Made by a program: the position numbers and the translations under genes | The notes under the pieces: model-generated | Database searches by the model: none | What the model was told of the DNA's origin: nothing | The model's input: only the letters and a program-made list of their open reading frames with translations | Sequence record: NZ_CP104760.1 | DNA from: a plasmid | Length of the DNA stretch: 64,000 nucleotides | Reading direction: 5' to 3' (one strand) | Part shown: piece by piece, positions 20,561-30,885 of the stretch | Layout of the letters: the number at the start of each line of letters is the position of its first letter | How positions within the stretch are numbered: position 1 is the first letter of the stretch

Positions 20561-21507
20561 AAGCCCACCTCCGTGAAGAACCGGCTACGCTCGCTCATCA
20601 CCAGGCGGGAGCGCTTGTGTGGAAAATCGAACTCTTTAAGGGTGTGGTAACCAGCAACGGGCAGGTGCCGGAACAGACGCTGATTGTCGTAACGCGGTTC
20701 AGCGACGATGCGCTGCGTACGGGGTTCGTCGAGGAATAAACAGTGTGTCAGCCCGCGAAGCCAGCTGCGGATAAAGTGCGCGCCACGCCACGCCTCTTCG
20801 CCAACCAGCATATGCAGGCCGCGATCGTAAGGGTGCCAGCGGTAGTGGCGGCCGATGCGATCTTCCGCCGCCCAGTAAATTTCAAAATAGCCAAACGGCT
20901 CATCGTCGAAACAGCCAATCACGGGGTAGCAGTAAGAGGCGTCGAGCTGTTTGCGCAGGTAATTTTCCAGCTCCTGCTGTGGCGCCGCCATTTCCCAGAA
21001 GGCGTTGACGCGCGGCGTGTTCATCCAGCGGGTAAAGCGCGCGGCGTCCTCCGCCACGTCAGCGACGCGAAAGCTGAGCGTCCGTTTAATCTGCGGATCG
21101 TAACGTCGATATATTTCACCGTCTGGTCTTGCCGGACGCACCGGATAACAGAGCTGACGATCGTCATCGAACTGCATTTTCCCGCTGGCAACCGGCTGCT
21201 CGCCGCAGCGCCAGAGCGGCAGCTGCCAGAAGGACTCGCGTGAAAAGTAATCGCTGTTGACGGCATCGAAAAGCCTCTGCGCCTGAGGCTCATGCCGCCA
21301 CTGCGCCCAGGGGAGATGAATGCCGCTCAGGTGCGGCGCGGCGACCAGCAGCTGATCGATCGCCTCTGCAAGCCAGCCGTCCGGGAGGGCCGTTATGAAC
21401 TGCAGCGAGGCGCTATTATCCAGCCCAAGCAGTAGCGGCAAGGTCTGTCCGGTAAGCGCGCACCGGAAACCCTGATCGCCATGAACGATATTCGCCTTTG
21501 GCATCAC
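20557..21507 (-). CDS. iucB: N6-hydroxylysine O-acetyltransferase
   Basis: 316 aa, operon position between iucA and iucC, acyl-CoA N-acyltransferase-like C-terminus. Confidence 0.85.
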   Translation of the reverse strand: MMPKANIVHGDQGFRCALTGQTLPLLLGLDNSASLQFITALPDGWLAEAIDQLLVAAPHLSGIHLPWAQWRHEPQAQRLFDAVNSDYFSRESFWQLPLWRCGEQPVASGKMQFDDDRQLCYPVRPARPDGEIYRRYDPQIKRTLSFRVADVAEDAARFTRWMNTPRVNAFWEMAAPQQELENYLRKQLDASYCYPVIGCFDDEPFGYFEIYWAAEDRIGRHYRWHPYDRGLHMLVGEEAWRGAHFIRSWLRGLTHCLFLDEPRTQRIVAEPRYDNQRLFRHLPVAGYHTLKEFDFPHKRSRLVMSERSRFFTEVGL

Positions 21508-23246
21508 GCCTTCTCCCTGTAAAACGGATTCTGGAAATCGAAGTAGATCACTGCCGGATCGGCAAGGGTGTTTTCATTGCGATCGTGGAGATAACAAAAG
21601 AAGTTGCCTTTGCAGTTCCAGTATCTGTTGTCGAGCACGTAATCGAGGCAGCGGGTATCGCTGACGCGGCTGCGCAACTCCGCCAGTCTGTCGCGCACCA
21701 GCGACATAAGACGCGCTTCTGTTTCAAAGCCCGCCGCGCCCAGCGCAGCGGTGACGGCCAGCGTCGAGTTAACCAGCAGGTAATAGGGGAAGTAGCGCAG
21801 AACCTGCTCGCGGCTGAAGCGATTTTCTGCATCGGCTTCGTCAATTTGAGTGAGCCAGTCGCCGGCGTTTTCAGTGAAGCCGCTTCCCTGACAGTCGCGA
21901 TAGAGCAGCCCAACCGGCAAATCCTGCTGCATTTCCACCAGGATGTTTTGCTGATGCGCCAGCAGGACCAGACCGTAATCCGCTTCTGTGCCGAACAACG
22001 GCAGCAGTACACGATCGCAGTAGGCGGTCAGCCAGCATTGCGCCGCCTGGCTTAACGTCAGCCCAAGCCGGACGCTGAGCCTTCTGACCGCCGCCGCCAG
22101 CAGGCTCTCTCCGCCGTCAGGCGCAGCCTGCGTCAGGCTGACCAGCACGTTAGTCTGCGTTTCCGGGGTATCGAAGAGGAGATTCACGCGAAACGCCATC
22201 AGGCTCTCCTCCTGAATCGCGCCATCGACCGAGCGCAGCCCGGCCCAGCCATCCTCCTGCATAACGCGCATCGCTGGATATTGCATCTGCAGCGCCTGCC
22301 AGCGTGGCGTCTGGGCCAGACGGGCAAGACGCATTCCACGTTTCACCTCTTTCACCGACAGGGTGCGCACGGAATTGGTCAGGCGCACGCTAAGCGAGAA
22401 TTTGATCATGTCGTTGCTGGAGGGGGAATAAAGCGAACGCGATGAGCTGGTGGGCAGCCAGGCGTTCCCGGCTTCCCCTAAATCGATCACCGCGCCGTTA
22501 GTCACCAGCTGCTGACACCAGCCCTGCGATAACAGATGTCGGGCCTGCCAGGGATGCATGGGGATCAGCCAGCGCGTGTCCGTAAACTGGCTCAGCAGCG
22601 CGGGCGCGCTCTGTGCGGCAAAGCGCAATAAGCGGGCGCGCAGCGATAAGCCGAGGCTTTCGCCAGCAATATACTGGCAGTCGACGGAGAGCCAGTGCAG
22701 CGGGAAGTCTGAACCGAAATCAGGCAGATAGCGGCGGGCTTCCGACGCATCGAAGGGCTCGTGCGATTTTGGGGCAGGGTGGAAGGCGTGCCCCACCAGA
22801 AGCGCCTGTTCCGCTTCAGCAAATGAGAGCGGCCTTTGTCGTAACGCAGGCCAGCGATGTCGCAGAGTGATCGCCTGCCAGGTGTTCGCATGGCTTTGCG
22901 AGACGCGCTGTTGAAACCGTTCGATGACCTCACTGTCCAGCTCGGCCCGAATAGCTGGCTTTGCCAGGATCAGGGAGAGCAGGGTTTCAAAGCTGACGGC
23001 TTTGCCCTCCGGCGACCCCGGGCTGATGAACAGGGCGGGAAACTGATAGTGATGGTGCTGAGTGGGTGAAAAATAGCGCAGAGGCAGGCACAGGGCGTGC
23101 GACGCCGAAAGCGGCAGGTAAATATGGTGCTTCTGCGCTGGCGGCGCGTCTGGAACATACTTCCAGTCACCCGTTTCCCGGAAAAGCGCATTAAGAAAAC
23201 ACTGCGCCGCCACGTCAACGCCAGCCATCTGAGAAAGAGAATCCAT
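21504..23246 (-). CDS. iucA: N2-citryl-N6-acetyl-N6-hydroxylysine synthase (NIS synthetase type A)
   Basis: IucA/IucC family, about 580 aa, first gene of operon. An alternative start at 23228 is possible. Confidence 0.85.
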   Translation of the reverse strand: MDSLSQMAGVDVAAQCFLNALFRETGDWKYVPDAPPAQKHHIYLPLSASHALCLPLRYFSPTQHHHYQFPALFISPGSPEGKAVSFETLLSLILAKPAIRAELDSEVIERFQQRVSQSHANTWQAITLRHRWPALRQRPLSFAEAEQALLVGHAFHPAPKSHEPFDASEARRYLPDFGSDFPLHWLSVDCQYIAGESLGLSLRARLLRFAAQSAPALLSQFTDTRWLIPMHPWQARHLLSQGWCQQLVTNGAVIDLGEAGNAWLPTSSSRSLYSPSSNDMIKFSLSVRLTNSVRTLSVKEVKRGMRLARLAQTPRWQALQMQYPAMRVMQEDGWAGLRSVDGAIQEESLMAFRVNLLFDTPETQTNVLVSLTQAAPDGGESLLAAAVRRLSVRLGLTLSQAAQCWLTAYCDRVLLPLFGTEADYGLVLLAHQQNILVEMQQDLPVGLLYRDCQGSGFTENAGDWLTQIDEADAENRFSREQVLRYFPYYLLVNSTLAVTAALGAAGFETEARLMSLVRDRLAELRSRVSDTRCLDYVLDNRYWNCKGNFFCYLHDRNENTLADPAVIYFDFQNPFYREKA

Positions 23247-23262
23247 TAGTCAGTCTCACTGA

Positions 23263-23292
23263 ATAAATGATAATGATTATCGTTATAATAAT
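23263..23292. promoter_or_regulatory. Tandem Fur-box array in divergent iucA / MFS promoter region
   Basis: Five consecutive NAT(A/T)AT hexamers: ATAAAT GATAAT GATTAT CGTTAT AATAAT, matching the GATAATGATAATCATTATC consensus. A TTGCCA -35 candidate lies on the minus strand at 23307-23312. Confidence 0.8.
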
Positions 23293-23410
23293 TATTTCAT
23301 TTACAATGGCAACTAATTTTGCAATATTTGCATACATATCATGTCAGGTATACCCCTGTTTTTAACGGTGTCTTTACATTTATGCGTCAGTTACCTCAAA
23401 ACTGCTTAAT

Positions 23411-24589
23411 ATGAAAGCGTCAGGAAAATCGAGCTGGCCTCTGGCTTTCTGTGCCGGTTTACTGGGGATTGGTCAGAATGGCTTACTGGTCGTGCTGCCC
23501 CAGCTGGTTGATATGACGGGCCTGACGCTCTCGACCTGGGCAGGCCTGTTGATGTTTGGTTCGATGTTGTTTTTGCCCGCCTCTCCGTGGTGGGGGCGCG
23601 TCTCTGAAGTGAAGGGCTGTAAGTTTGTCGTGGTGGTTTCGCTGGCAGGCTATTTGCTGAGCTTTGGCGTGATGGCGTTGATGGTATGGCTGATGGCCGA
23701 AAGAGAGGCGGGAATCTATGCAGGGCTTGCGGGCCTGATCCTTTCGCGCGTGATTTATGGCCTGACCGTCTCGGGTATGGTCCCCGCCGCGCAAACCTGG
23801 GCAATGCAGCGCGCGGGAACGGATAAGCGTATGGCTGCGCTGGCGGTTATCAGCTCCGGCCTGAGCTGTGGAAGATTGCTGGGGCCGCCTCTGGCCGCGC
23901 TTGCTCTTGGCGTTTACCCCATGGCCCCCCTTTGGCTGATGGCCGTCGCGCCACTCTTCGCCTTGATACTTATTAGCGGCCAGTATCGCGATCCACCCCT
24001 GGCGGCTGTTCCGCATCACTCTGCGCGTTTGCATTCAGGTTTGCTGCCATGTCTGCTGCTGGCCGCGCTGCTCGCCCTGTGCATCAGCCTGATGCAGATC
24101 GGACTGACGCCCATCCTGCGGGGCATTATTGACGCGCCGGCGGCGGTCAGTCGTCACATTGCCTGGCTACTGAGCCTGGCTGCAGCCAGTACGCTGCTGG
24201 CGCAGTTTCTGATCGTAAGGCCGCAGCGGCTAGGCTTACAGCCGCTTCTTTTCACTGCGGCGCTATTGATGAGCACAGGGCTGGGCATGATGGTTATCGG
24301 CAATTTAATGTCGCTTTATGCGGGGATTGCCGTCACCTCCTTCGGCGCCGCTATGGCTACGCCTGCTTATCAGCTCCTGCTTAACCAGAAACTTTCCCTC
24401 GGCAAAGGGGCCGGCCTGATAGCTACCAGCCACACGCTTGGCTATGGCCTGAGCGCCTTGTTGATCCCCTTTATCACATGGCTATCGGGGCAGAACCACC
24501 TGCTGGCGGGCGCATGGATAGCGTCAATGCTGTTCTTTATGATGACCTGCTGGCTGGGATTAACGGCACGCGCTGAAAGCACGCGCTAA
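23411..24589 (+). CDS. MFS transporter, ShiF-like (candidate aerobactin exporter)
   Basis: 12-TM MFS protein divergent from iucA, the same arrangement as shiF in the Shigella SHI-2 aerobactin island. Confidence 0.75.
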   Translation: MKASGKSSWPLAFCAGLLGIGQNGLLVVLPQLVDMTGLTLSTWAGLLMFGSMLFLPASPWWGRVSEVKGCKFVVVVSLAGYLLSFGVMALMVWLMAEREAGIYAGLAGLILSRVIYGLTVSGMVPAAQTWAMQRAGTDKRMAALAVISSGLSCGRLLGPPLAALALGVYPMAPLWLMAVAPLFALILISGQYRDPPLAAVPHHSARLHSGLLPCLLLAALLALCISLMQIGLTPILRGIIDAPAAVSRHIAWLLSLAAASTLLAQFLIVRPQRLGLQPLLFTAALLMSTGLGMMVIGNLMSLYAGIAVTSFGAAMATPAYQLLLNQKLSLGKGAGLIATSHTLGYGLSALLIPFITWLSGQNHLLAGAWIASMLFFMMTCWLGLTARAESTR

Positions 24590-24604
24590 GCGTCAGGAAA
24601 AAAT

Positions 24605-25492
24605 ATGTCCATCATTTCAGGTTACCGGTTATTCAACGTCACCCTGCAGCAAAAGAAATGGCTTTCGCCTTCCCTTGTGCGCTGCGTATTTACGGGAGAA
24701 GAGGTGAGGATGATGAAGATGGACGGACCCGATCAACGTATCAAAATTCTCTTTCCGTCGCAGAAGGGGGACGCTCCCTCGTTAACGGCACAGTCGCCCT
24801 GGCGGGAACAGCTTAAACGCCTTCCGCCAGAGCAAAGGCCCGTTCCGCGCACTTATACGCTTCGCCGCGTCAACGCAGACCCATGCCAGGCAGAGGTCGA
24901 GTTTGTTATTCACGGTACCGACGGGCCTGCTTCGGCCTGGGTCATTCGCGCCATGCCAGGCGATGCTTTGCAGATGATCGCCCCCAACCAGCAGCACAGC
25001 GGCGACAGCGGCGGATATGAATGGAAACCGCATTCCGCAGTCGAGCGCGCGCTGGTGGTTGCCGATGAGACAGCGCTGCCAGCGGTGAAGGGGATCCTCA
25101 GACAGGTGGCGAAAATGGCATCGCCGCCTGCGCTTCAGATTTTTCAGGAGGTGCCACGCTCAGAGGACCGCGTCGACTGGCGTGAATATGCGTTTGCGGA
25201 GGTATTCTGGCTGCCGCGCGACAGAACCGGGGCGACTCACGGCGCGGCGCTGCTGGCGGCGGTTAAGGCGTACGTATCTCTTCCTGACTACGCGCTCACG
25301 ACTTACCCGAACAAGACGTATGAGGACGAACAGACGATCTTATGGCATGGCGCAGAGAGCGAAAATAACCGTTTTTATGGCTGGGTGGCTGCGGAGTCAT
25401 CAGCCGTAAAACATATCCGGCGCTATCTGGTGGGTGAGCGCAAGGTTGCCAGTGAGAACGTCAGCTTTATGGCCTACTGGAGTAAAAGCTAA
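24605..25492 (+). CDS. Siderophore-interacting protein / FAD-dependent ferric-siderophore reductase (ViuB/YqjH family)
   Basis: R-x-Y-T-L-R FAD-binding motif (PRTYTLRRV), GPASAWV block, and C-terminal NAD(P)H domain pattern. Confidence 0.75.
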   Translation: MSIISGYRLFNVTLQQKKWLSPSLVRCVFTGEEVRMMKMDGPDQRIKILFPSQKGDAPSLTAQSPWREQLKRLPPEQRPVPRTYTLRRVNADPCQAEVEFVIHGTDGPASAWVIRAMPGDALQMIAPNQQHSGDSGGYEWKPHSAVERALVVADETALPAVKGILRQVAKMASPPALQIFQEVPRSEDRVDWREYAFAEVFWLPRDRTGATHGAALLAAVKAYVSLPDYALTTYPNKTYEDEQTILWHGAESENNRFYGWVAAESSAVKHIRRYLVGERKVASENVSFMAYWSKS

Positions 25493-25575
25493 TGTCAGGC
25501 TGATAAAGCAAGGTGCCTGAGTTTCATCGCGTTTGTTGCGGCTGAGGCCCCTGCATTATCACAGGCCCAGGGAAA

Positions 25576-25866
25576 ATGCTCAGGTGCCGCAATACGTCAA
25601 CGCCGCATGAGGCGGTTTTCAAGCCATTCCTCTCCCCTCCGCAGACCGCGCGCGATTTTATGGCTCTGCATCTGCCGCTCGCGCTTCTGGCGACAGGCGA
25701 CCTGCTGACGCGGAGGCTGGCGTCCGGCAGCGTCTTAGAGGATGACTTGCACTCTATGCTTCAGGCAGGGGAAACCTCTGACGCAGGGGCCTTTATGCGT
25801 GAACTGGCGCAGCGGGTGAGTCAAACAGTCGGTTTATTGCAGACCTCCCTCACCGTATCAGCCTGA
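25576..25866 (+). CDS. Hypothetical small protein (96 aa), uncertain
   Basis: ORF with host-like GC in an otherwise unexplained 0.7-kb intergenic region. No recognisable domain and a weak RBS. Confidence 0.25.
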   Translation: MLRCRNTSTPHEAVFKPFLSPPQTARDFMALHLPLALLATGDLLTRRLASGSVLEDDLHSMLQAGETSDAGAFMRELAQRVSQTVGLLQTSLTVSA

Positions 25867-26211
25867 CGTTTGCGCTGTAGCGACGCTGGCACCGCCCCGG
25901 CGGCCCGAACAGTTATCAGCCCGCTCCCGTTATTCCCGCTATTGAAGCAACGGTGCGACGTAAATCATGCGGCGCGCACTTATCGATCCTGCACCTGTTC
26001 CGACGCTGGCAGAACATCTGACAGACGTATACAGGCCCGCTTTTACGATCCACTTCAAACTATCAGTAAATCATCTGAGCAATGGCAAAAATTAAGTTGC
26101 CTGTTTCATCGGCTCATCGAATGATGAGTAGAACGTTTTAGTAGAACGTTCTACCTACTCCAACAGCACTTAAAAAGTGTCTTCCAGGGCCTTGAATCGG
26201 GGAAAAACAGC

Positions 26212-27711
26212 ATGAGTCTGTTCTCAGGATTAATTAAATCGTTATCAAAATTGTCGATGATAGGGCGCGCCTTGATGTTGCCTATCTCGCTGCTGCCTGC
26301 CGCTGGCCTGTTACTGGCTTTCGGCGACAAATTTCATTTGCCGCTGATGATGAATGCCGGGGGCGTCATCTTCGATAATTTACCGATGCTGTTCGCTATC
26401 GGTTCCGCGGTCGGGCTGGCTTCGGAGTCGGGAATCGCGGCGCTGTCGGCTGCGGTGTCGGTCTTTGTGACCAATATTACGATCGGCACGGTGATGGGCA
26501 TTACCCCGGAGATGGCGTCGCAGGGGGGCAAATATGCGATGGTGGTGGGGATCCCCACGTTGCAAATGGGGGTATTCGGCGGCCTGATTTGCGGCGTGCT
26601 CGCCGCCTGGTGTTATAACCGCTTCCATACTTTGCAGCTGCCTGAGTTCCTCGGTTTCTTCTCCGGCAAACGCTTTGTCGCCATCGCGACGGCCTGTTTA
26701 TCCTTTTTAATGGGGCTGCTGCTGCCTTATGTCTGGCAGCATATCCAGTCGGGCATTGATGCGCTCTCTGTGATGGTAAACGGCAACAACCAGGCGGCAT
26801 CCACCTTTATTTTCGGTCTGGTAGAGCGCGCGCTTATTCCGCTCGGACTGCATCATATCTGGTATCCCTCTTTCTGGTACTCGTTTGGCGACTACACCAC
26901 CCATGCCGGGCTGGTGATCCATGGCGATCAGACCATCTGGTTTAAGATGCTGGAAGAGGGCGTGAAATCCTTTAGCAGCGACTCGTACCAGAACGCCGGT
27001 AAGTTTATGCAGGGCGAATTCCCGTTGATGCTGTTTGCTCTGCCTGCCGCCTGCCTTGCTATGTATCACGAAGCGCATACCGCCAATAAGAAGATCGCGG
27101 CAGGGATCCTCTTTTCCGCCGCGCTGACCTGCTTTTTGACCGGGATCACGGAGCCCGTTGAGTTTACCTTTATCTTTGTGGCGCCGGTGCTCTACGTCTT
27201 TAACGCCATCATGGCGGGCCTGGCCTACATGATGATGTATCTGATGCATGCGCATATCGCTAAATCCTTCTCCGCCGGCTTTATCGATTATCTGTCGTTT
27301 GGCATCCTGCCGTCCTTTAACGGATATCAGACTAACTACCTGAACGCCGTGATCATCGGCGTGCCGATGGGACTGATTTACTACTTTACCTTCCGCTATG
27401 TCATCCGCCGTCTGGATATTAAAACCCCAGGCCGCACGCTGGTCACGGCCAGTGTGAACGATAAATCGGATAACGAGGTCGCAACGGAAATCATTGGCTT
27501 GCTTGGCGGGGCACAAAATATCAATACTGTGGGATCCTGCATCACCCGGTTGCGTCTTGACGTAGTGAAAAGCGAGCTGGTAGATAAAGATGGCCTTAAC
27601 GGCGTTGGCGCACGCGGCGTGGTCTTTATCGGCGATACGGGAATACAGGTGATTTTTGGCGCCCGCGCGCAGTTTATCGCGCAAACCATGCAGACCATGC
27701 TGGCAAAATAA
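26212..27711 (+). CDS. PTS transporter subunit EIICB, glucose/maltose (MalX/PtsG) family
   Basis: N-terminal EIIC membrane domain. C-terminal EIIB with the phosphorylatable Cys motif GSCITRLRLDV. Confidence 0.85.
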   Translation: MSLFSGLIKSLSKLSMIGRALMLPISLLPAAGLLLAFGDKFHLPLMMNAGGVIFDNLPMLFAIGSAVGLASESGIAALSAAVSVFVTNITIGTVMGITPEMASQGGKYAMVVGIPTLQMGVFGGLICGVLAAWCYNRFHTLQLPEFLGFFSGKRFVAIATACLSFLMGLLLPYVWQHIQSGIDALSVMVNGNNQAASTFIFGLVERALIPLGLHHIWYPSFWYSFGDYTTHAGLVIHGDQTIWFKMLEEGVKSFSSDSYQNAGKFMQGEFPLMLFALPAACLAMYHEAHTANKKIAAGILFSAALTCFLTGITEPVEFTFIFVAPVLYVFNAIMAGLAYMMMYLMHAHIAKSFSAGFIDYLSFGILPSFNGYQTNYLNAVIIGVPMGLIYYFTFRYVIRRLDIKTPGRTLVTASVNDKSDNEVATEIIGLLGGAQNINTVGSCITRLRLDVVKSELVDKDGLNGVGARGVVFIGDTGIQVIFGARAQFIAQTMQTMLAK

Positions 27712-27761
27712 CAGGTGACTCATGTCTCCGGCTCCGGCTGGAGACGCTATTTCAAGGCAGG

Positions 27762-28799
27762 ATGATTCCTTCAGGAGCAGGTTTGAAAAAAGTCAGCATC
27801 ATTGATGTTGCCAAAGAGGCTGGCGTATCCGTCTCTACCGTCTCACTGGTGTTGCGGCAGAAAGGCAAGATCTCCGACGCGACCATTGCAAAGGTGCAGG
27901 CAGCTATTGAGCAACTGGGCTATGTGCATAACGTAGCGGCGGCTAATCTGCGCGCCAGCACTTCAAACCTGATAGGTCTGATCCTCTGCGATTTTAGCGA
28001 CAGCTATGCCATCAAAGTGATGGCAAGCGTGGTAAAGGAATTAGAAAAACACGGATTTATGGTGTTTCTTGGCCAGCCCCAGGATAACGGGGCCAGCCTT
28101 GAGCGTTGTCTTCTCTCATTCAAACAGCAGGGCGTGGCGGGCATTATTTATCTGACCTCTGACACTAAGCACGCCACGCTGCCTGAACAGCTTCGCCAGT
28201 GCCCGTTGCCATTGGTTGTCGTCTCTCAGATATTGATTAATGAGGCCTGTAACCTGGTCATGCGCGACAACCGACAGGCCGCCGCGCTGGCGACACGCTA
28301 TCTGCTGGAACGCGGACACCGTAATATCGGTTACATCGGTGGGCAGGCCGACTGTCTGCTTCGCATGCAGCGACTGCAGGGATTTCGCGCCAGCCTGCAG
28401 CAAAACGGCATTGTGCAAAAAGAGGACTCGGCGCCCGCATGCAGCGAAGATACCTGGGCGGCAAGCCAGGTCACTCGCCATCTGCTGGAAAAAAACCACA
28501 CCCTGACCGCGCTGCTTTGTCATTCGCCGACGGCGCTGATTGGCGCCATTAACGGGATTCATCAGGTCGGGCGCACGCTGGGTAAGGATCTGTTTCTGAC
28601 GCAGCAAGTGGCGCTGATCGGCTTTGAAGATATGCTGCACGTCAATCTTACCTCGCCGTCGTTGACCTGCGTGTCATCCGCCAGCGAGGAAACCGGGCGG
28701 CAGGCAGCAGAGCTGATGATGAGTCAGATCAGGGAGCCCGCGTTGCCGACGCAGCGCATTATGCTGAGCGGGGAGCTTGTCGTCAGGGAGTCGGCGTAG
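27762..28799 (+). CDS. LacI-family transcriptional regulator
   Basis: HTH VSIIDVAKEAGVSVSTVSLVL and periplasmic-binding-protein-like sugar domain. The true start may be the in-frame TTG at 27783. Confidence 0.8.
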   Translation: MIPSGAGLKKVSIIDVAKEAGVSVSTVSLVLRQKGKISDATIAKVQAAIEQLGYVHNVAAANLRASTSNLIGLILCDFSDSYAIKVMASVVKELEKHGFMVFLGQPQDNGASLERCLLSFKQQGVAGIIYLTSDTKHATLPEQLRQCPLPLVVVSQILINEACNLVMRDNRQAAALATRYLLERGHRNIGYIGGQADCLLRMQRLQGFRASLQQNGIVQKEDSAPACSEDTWAASQVTRHLLEKNHTLTALLCHSPTALIGAINGIHQVGRTLGKDLFLTQQVALIGFEDMLHVNLTSPSLTCVSSASEETGRQAAELMMSQIREPALPTQRIMLSGELVVRESA

Positions 28800-28907
28800 T
28801 GGTTGTGTACGCCGGAAAGATGACATAAACGTTGCTGGCCGTTCATGCCAGGGGGATTGCGGAAAAGAAGAAAAGAGGTGGGCTCAGCGGCCCTCGTCAA
28901 AGCTTTA

Positions 28908-28935
28908 CCCCAGATTGCCTGGGGTATTTTATTTA
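28908..28935. terminator. Bidirectional rho-independent terminator shared by convergent LacI and transporter genes
   Basis: CCCCAG-attgc-CTGGGG hairpin followed by TATTTTATTT; an A/T run is on the other side as well. Confidence 0.55.
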
Positions 28936-30207
28936 CAGCATGCTGTAGAGCAGCGCGGACATGGTGAGCAGGCCACCGATAATAACGGTGATTGCCATCC
29001 CGCCTCTCAGCGCATGCAGCTCCTTTCTGGTATAGACAAGGTAAGAAGGGATAGCGAACACAAAGATAGCAATCAGAGGCCCGCATACCGTTTCAATCAG
29101 CGCCATTACATCAGGGTTCCAGTATGCGACCGCAAACGACACCGCAAACAAGATTGCGAACGCCATGGCTTTTGCCCGCTTACGGCCCGCGTCATCTTTT
29201 ACGCCAACAGCATCGCCGATGAGCGTTGAGAAGGTTTCCGCAACCGGCAGGCAGACCCCAAGAAAGGATTTTGTCATCGCCACCATGGCGATAAAAGGCG
29301 CAATCAAAAATAACAGGCCAGCCCCCCCGCTCCCTTCCATAACGGAAAGTACATTCAGGTTTTGTGCTCGGGCATTCACAAACACGTCATGCGGCATGCT
29401 CAGCACGCAGCTCAGGACGAAAAAGATAACGCTGGAAAAAATGGCGCAATAAGCCAGACGAATCACGCTGACGGCTTTCTCTTCGCCGCCGTTTCCTTTT
29501 TCCAGATAATAAGAGGATAAAGGCGACATCATCGGCGCAGAACAAAAGGAGAAGGTGATCAACGGCAGCGTCAACCAGAGCGCTTTAAGTGAGATACCGG
29601 AAGACGCACCCGTGATTTCCTGCATTGACGCCGTCAGGTTTGAAAGATGCCAGGAAGGGATCTGCATCACAGCAATCAGCAAGAGAGAGAGCGCAAAGGG
29701 TATAGCCAGCGTGCTCATCGTACTTACAACACGGTCACGCCCTTTGCTTAACACAATAAACAAGCACGCGACGACGATGAATGACAACAGCGCGCGGCTG
29801 ACTTCGGCGAAGTGCAGATGGACGGTAAAATAGTTGTCCAGCGCGTTAACCAGTGAAACAGCGTAAACAAGCGTGACGGGGAAGTGGGCTACGCAGAAAA
29901 ATAGCTTAATGCCCTGACGGCCTTTCGGACCGAAAAATTTACCGAAGAGAGGAAGGGAGGCATTGTCTGCCTGCTTATCACGCATAAAGATGCGACAGAT
30001 CAGTAGATGCGGTACCAGAGACAGCGGTAAAGCCAGTAAAAACATCATTAACAACACGACAGCTCCCCGCGTGCCCACTTCTACTGGCAGAAAAAGCGTA
30101 CCCGCACCTACTGTCGTACCGTATACCCCCATCATCCAGACCGTATCTTTAATCGACCATGCTGTTCTGCTCGCGGCTACGTTTTTATTTTTTACTTGAG
30201 TATTCAT
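28933..30207 (-). CDS. HAAAP-family serine/threonine transporter (SdaC/TdcC-like)
   Basis: N-terminal block SRTAWSIKDTVWMMGVYGTTVGAGTLFLPV closely parallels SdaC. 11 TM segments. Confidence 0.8.
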   Translation of the reverse strand: MNTQVKNKNVAASRTAWSIKDTVWMMGVYGTTVGAGTLFLPVEVGTRGAVVLLMMFLLALPLSLVPHLLICRIFMRDKQADNASLPLFGKFFGPKGRQGIKLFFCVAHFPVTLVYAVSLVNALDNYFTVHLHFAEVSRALLSFIVVACLFIVLSKGRDRVVSTMSTLAIPFALSLLLIAVMQIPSWHLSNLTASMQEITGASSGISLKALWLTLPLITFSFCSAPMMSPLSSYYLEKGNGGEEKAVSVIRLAYCAIFSSVIFFVLSCVLSMPHDVFVNARAQNLNVLSVMEGSGGAGLLFLIAPFIAMVAMTKSFLGVCLPVAETFSTLIGDAVGVKDDAGRKRAKAMAFAILFAVSFAVAYWNPDVMALIETVCGPLIAIFVFAIPSYLVYTRKELHALRGGMAITVIIGGLLTMSALLYSML

Positions 30208-30759
30208 TTCTGCACTATATCTATTGAATGTTAAAACAATTACGCTACATTATTGCTTCTTCTTTAACTAAATCGACGCACTAGCGCATAAAAACACCTG
30301 AAATGGGGCGGGCCAGACGCTTATCAGAAGGCGTCGAATTGTCCGTTAAAATACCGCACAGGCCAAATCATTTCGTAGAAGTGTGACCAGACTGGCTGAA
30401 GGATGCTGCATTGTTATGCTCATCTTGCCAGCGTCAAACACTGGTCAGGGCGGCTGGGCGCTGGATGCCTGCCGGGACAGATGCTGCAAAATGTTCTTAC
30501 CATGCTGATATTTTCACGAAGCAAAAAAATATTTCGCTTACGGCAGTTGTTTTTGCTGTTTCATATCATTAATTATCTGGGTCTGGGTAACGAATTAAAT
30601 ACGTCGCCACACCAAAAAAATATTGCTACGTCGGGGATATTACTATTGCTGGTGCTTACAGAGATATTTTAAGTGCGCTTTTATATTAAGGGTCAGGCAA
30701 AAGCATGGCCATGTAATTTTAAATTTAAAAGGTAATGCTTATCCGCACCCTACAGCATA

Positions 30760-30796
30760 AAAAAAGCCCCATCAAAAAATGCTGGGGCTTTTTTAT
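30760..30796 (-). terminator. Rho-independent terminator downstream of the ferric-reductase-like gene
   Basis: AGCCCCA-(11 nt)-TGGGGCT stem with an A-run before and TTTTTT after, so it is bidirectional. Confidence 0.6.
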
Positions 30797-30885
30797 ATAA
30801 CTGCCGGACGATTCAACCGATCATTTATTTAACCGTTCGGTTCCGGCATGTTTTTTAAGGCGAAAATGGCTATCAGCTTTACGCT

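Noticed and set aside
25870-26124. 84-aa ORF in the SIP-PTS intergenic region
   Set aside because: Arg/Ser/Cys-rich low-complexity translation with no RBS. The region is better explained as regulatory DNA carrying repeats and a palindrome.
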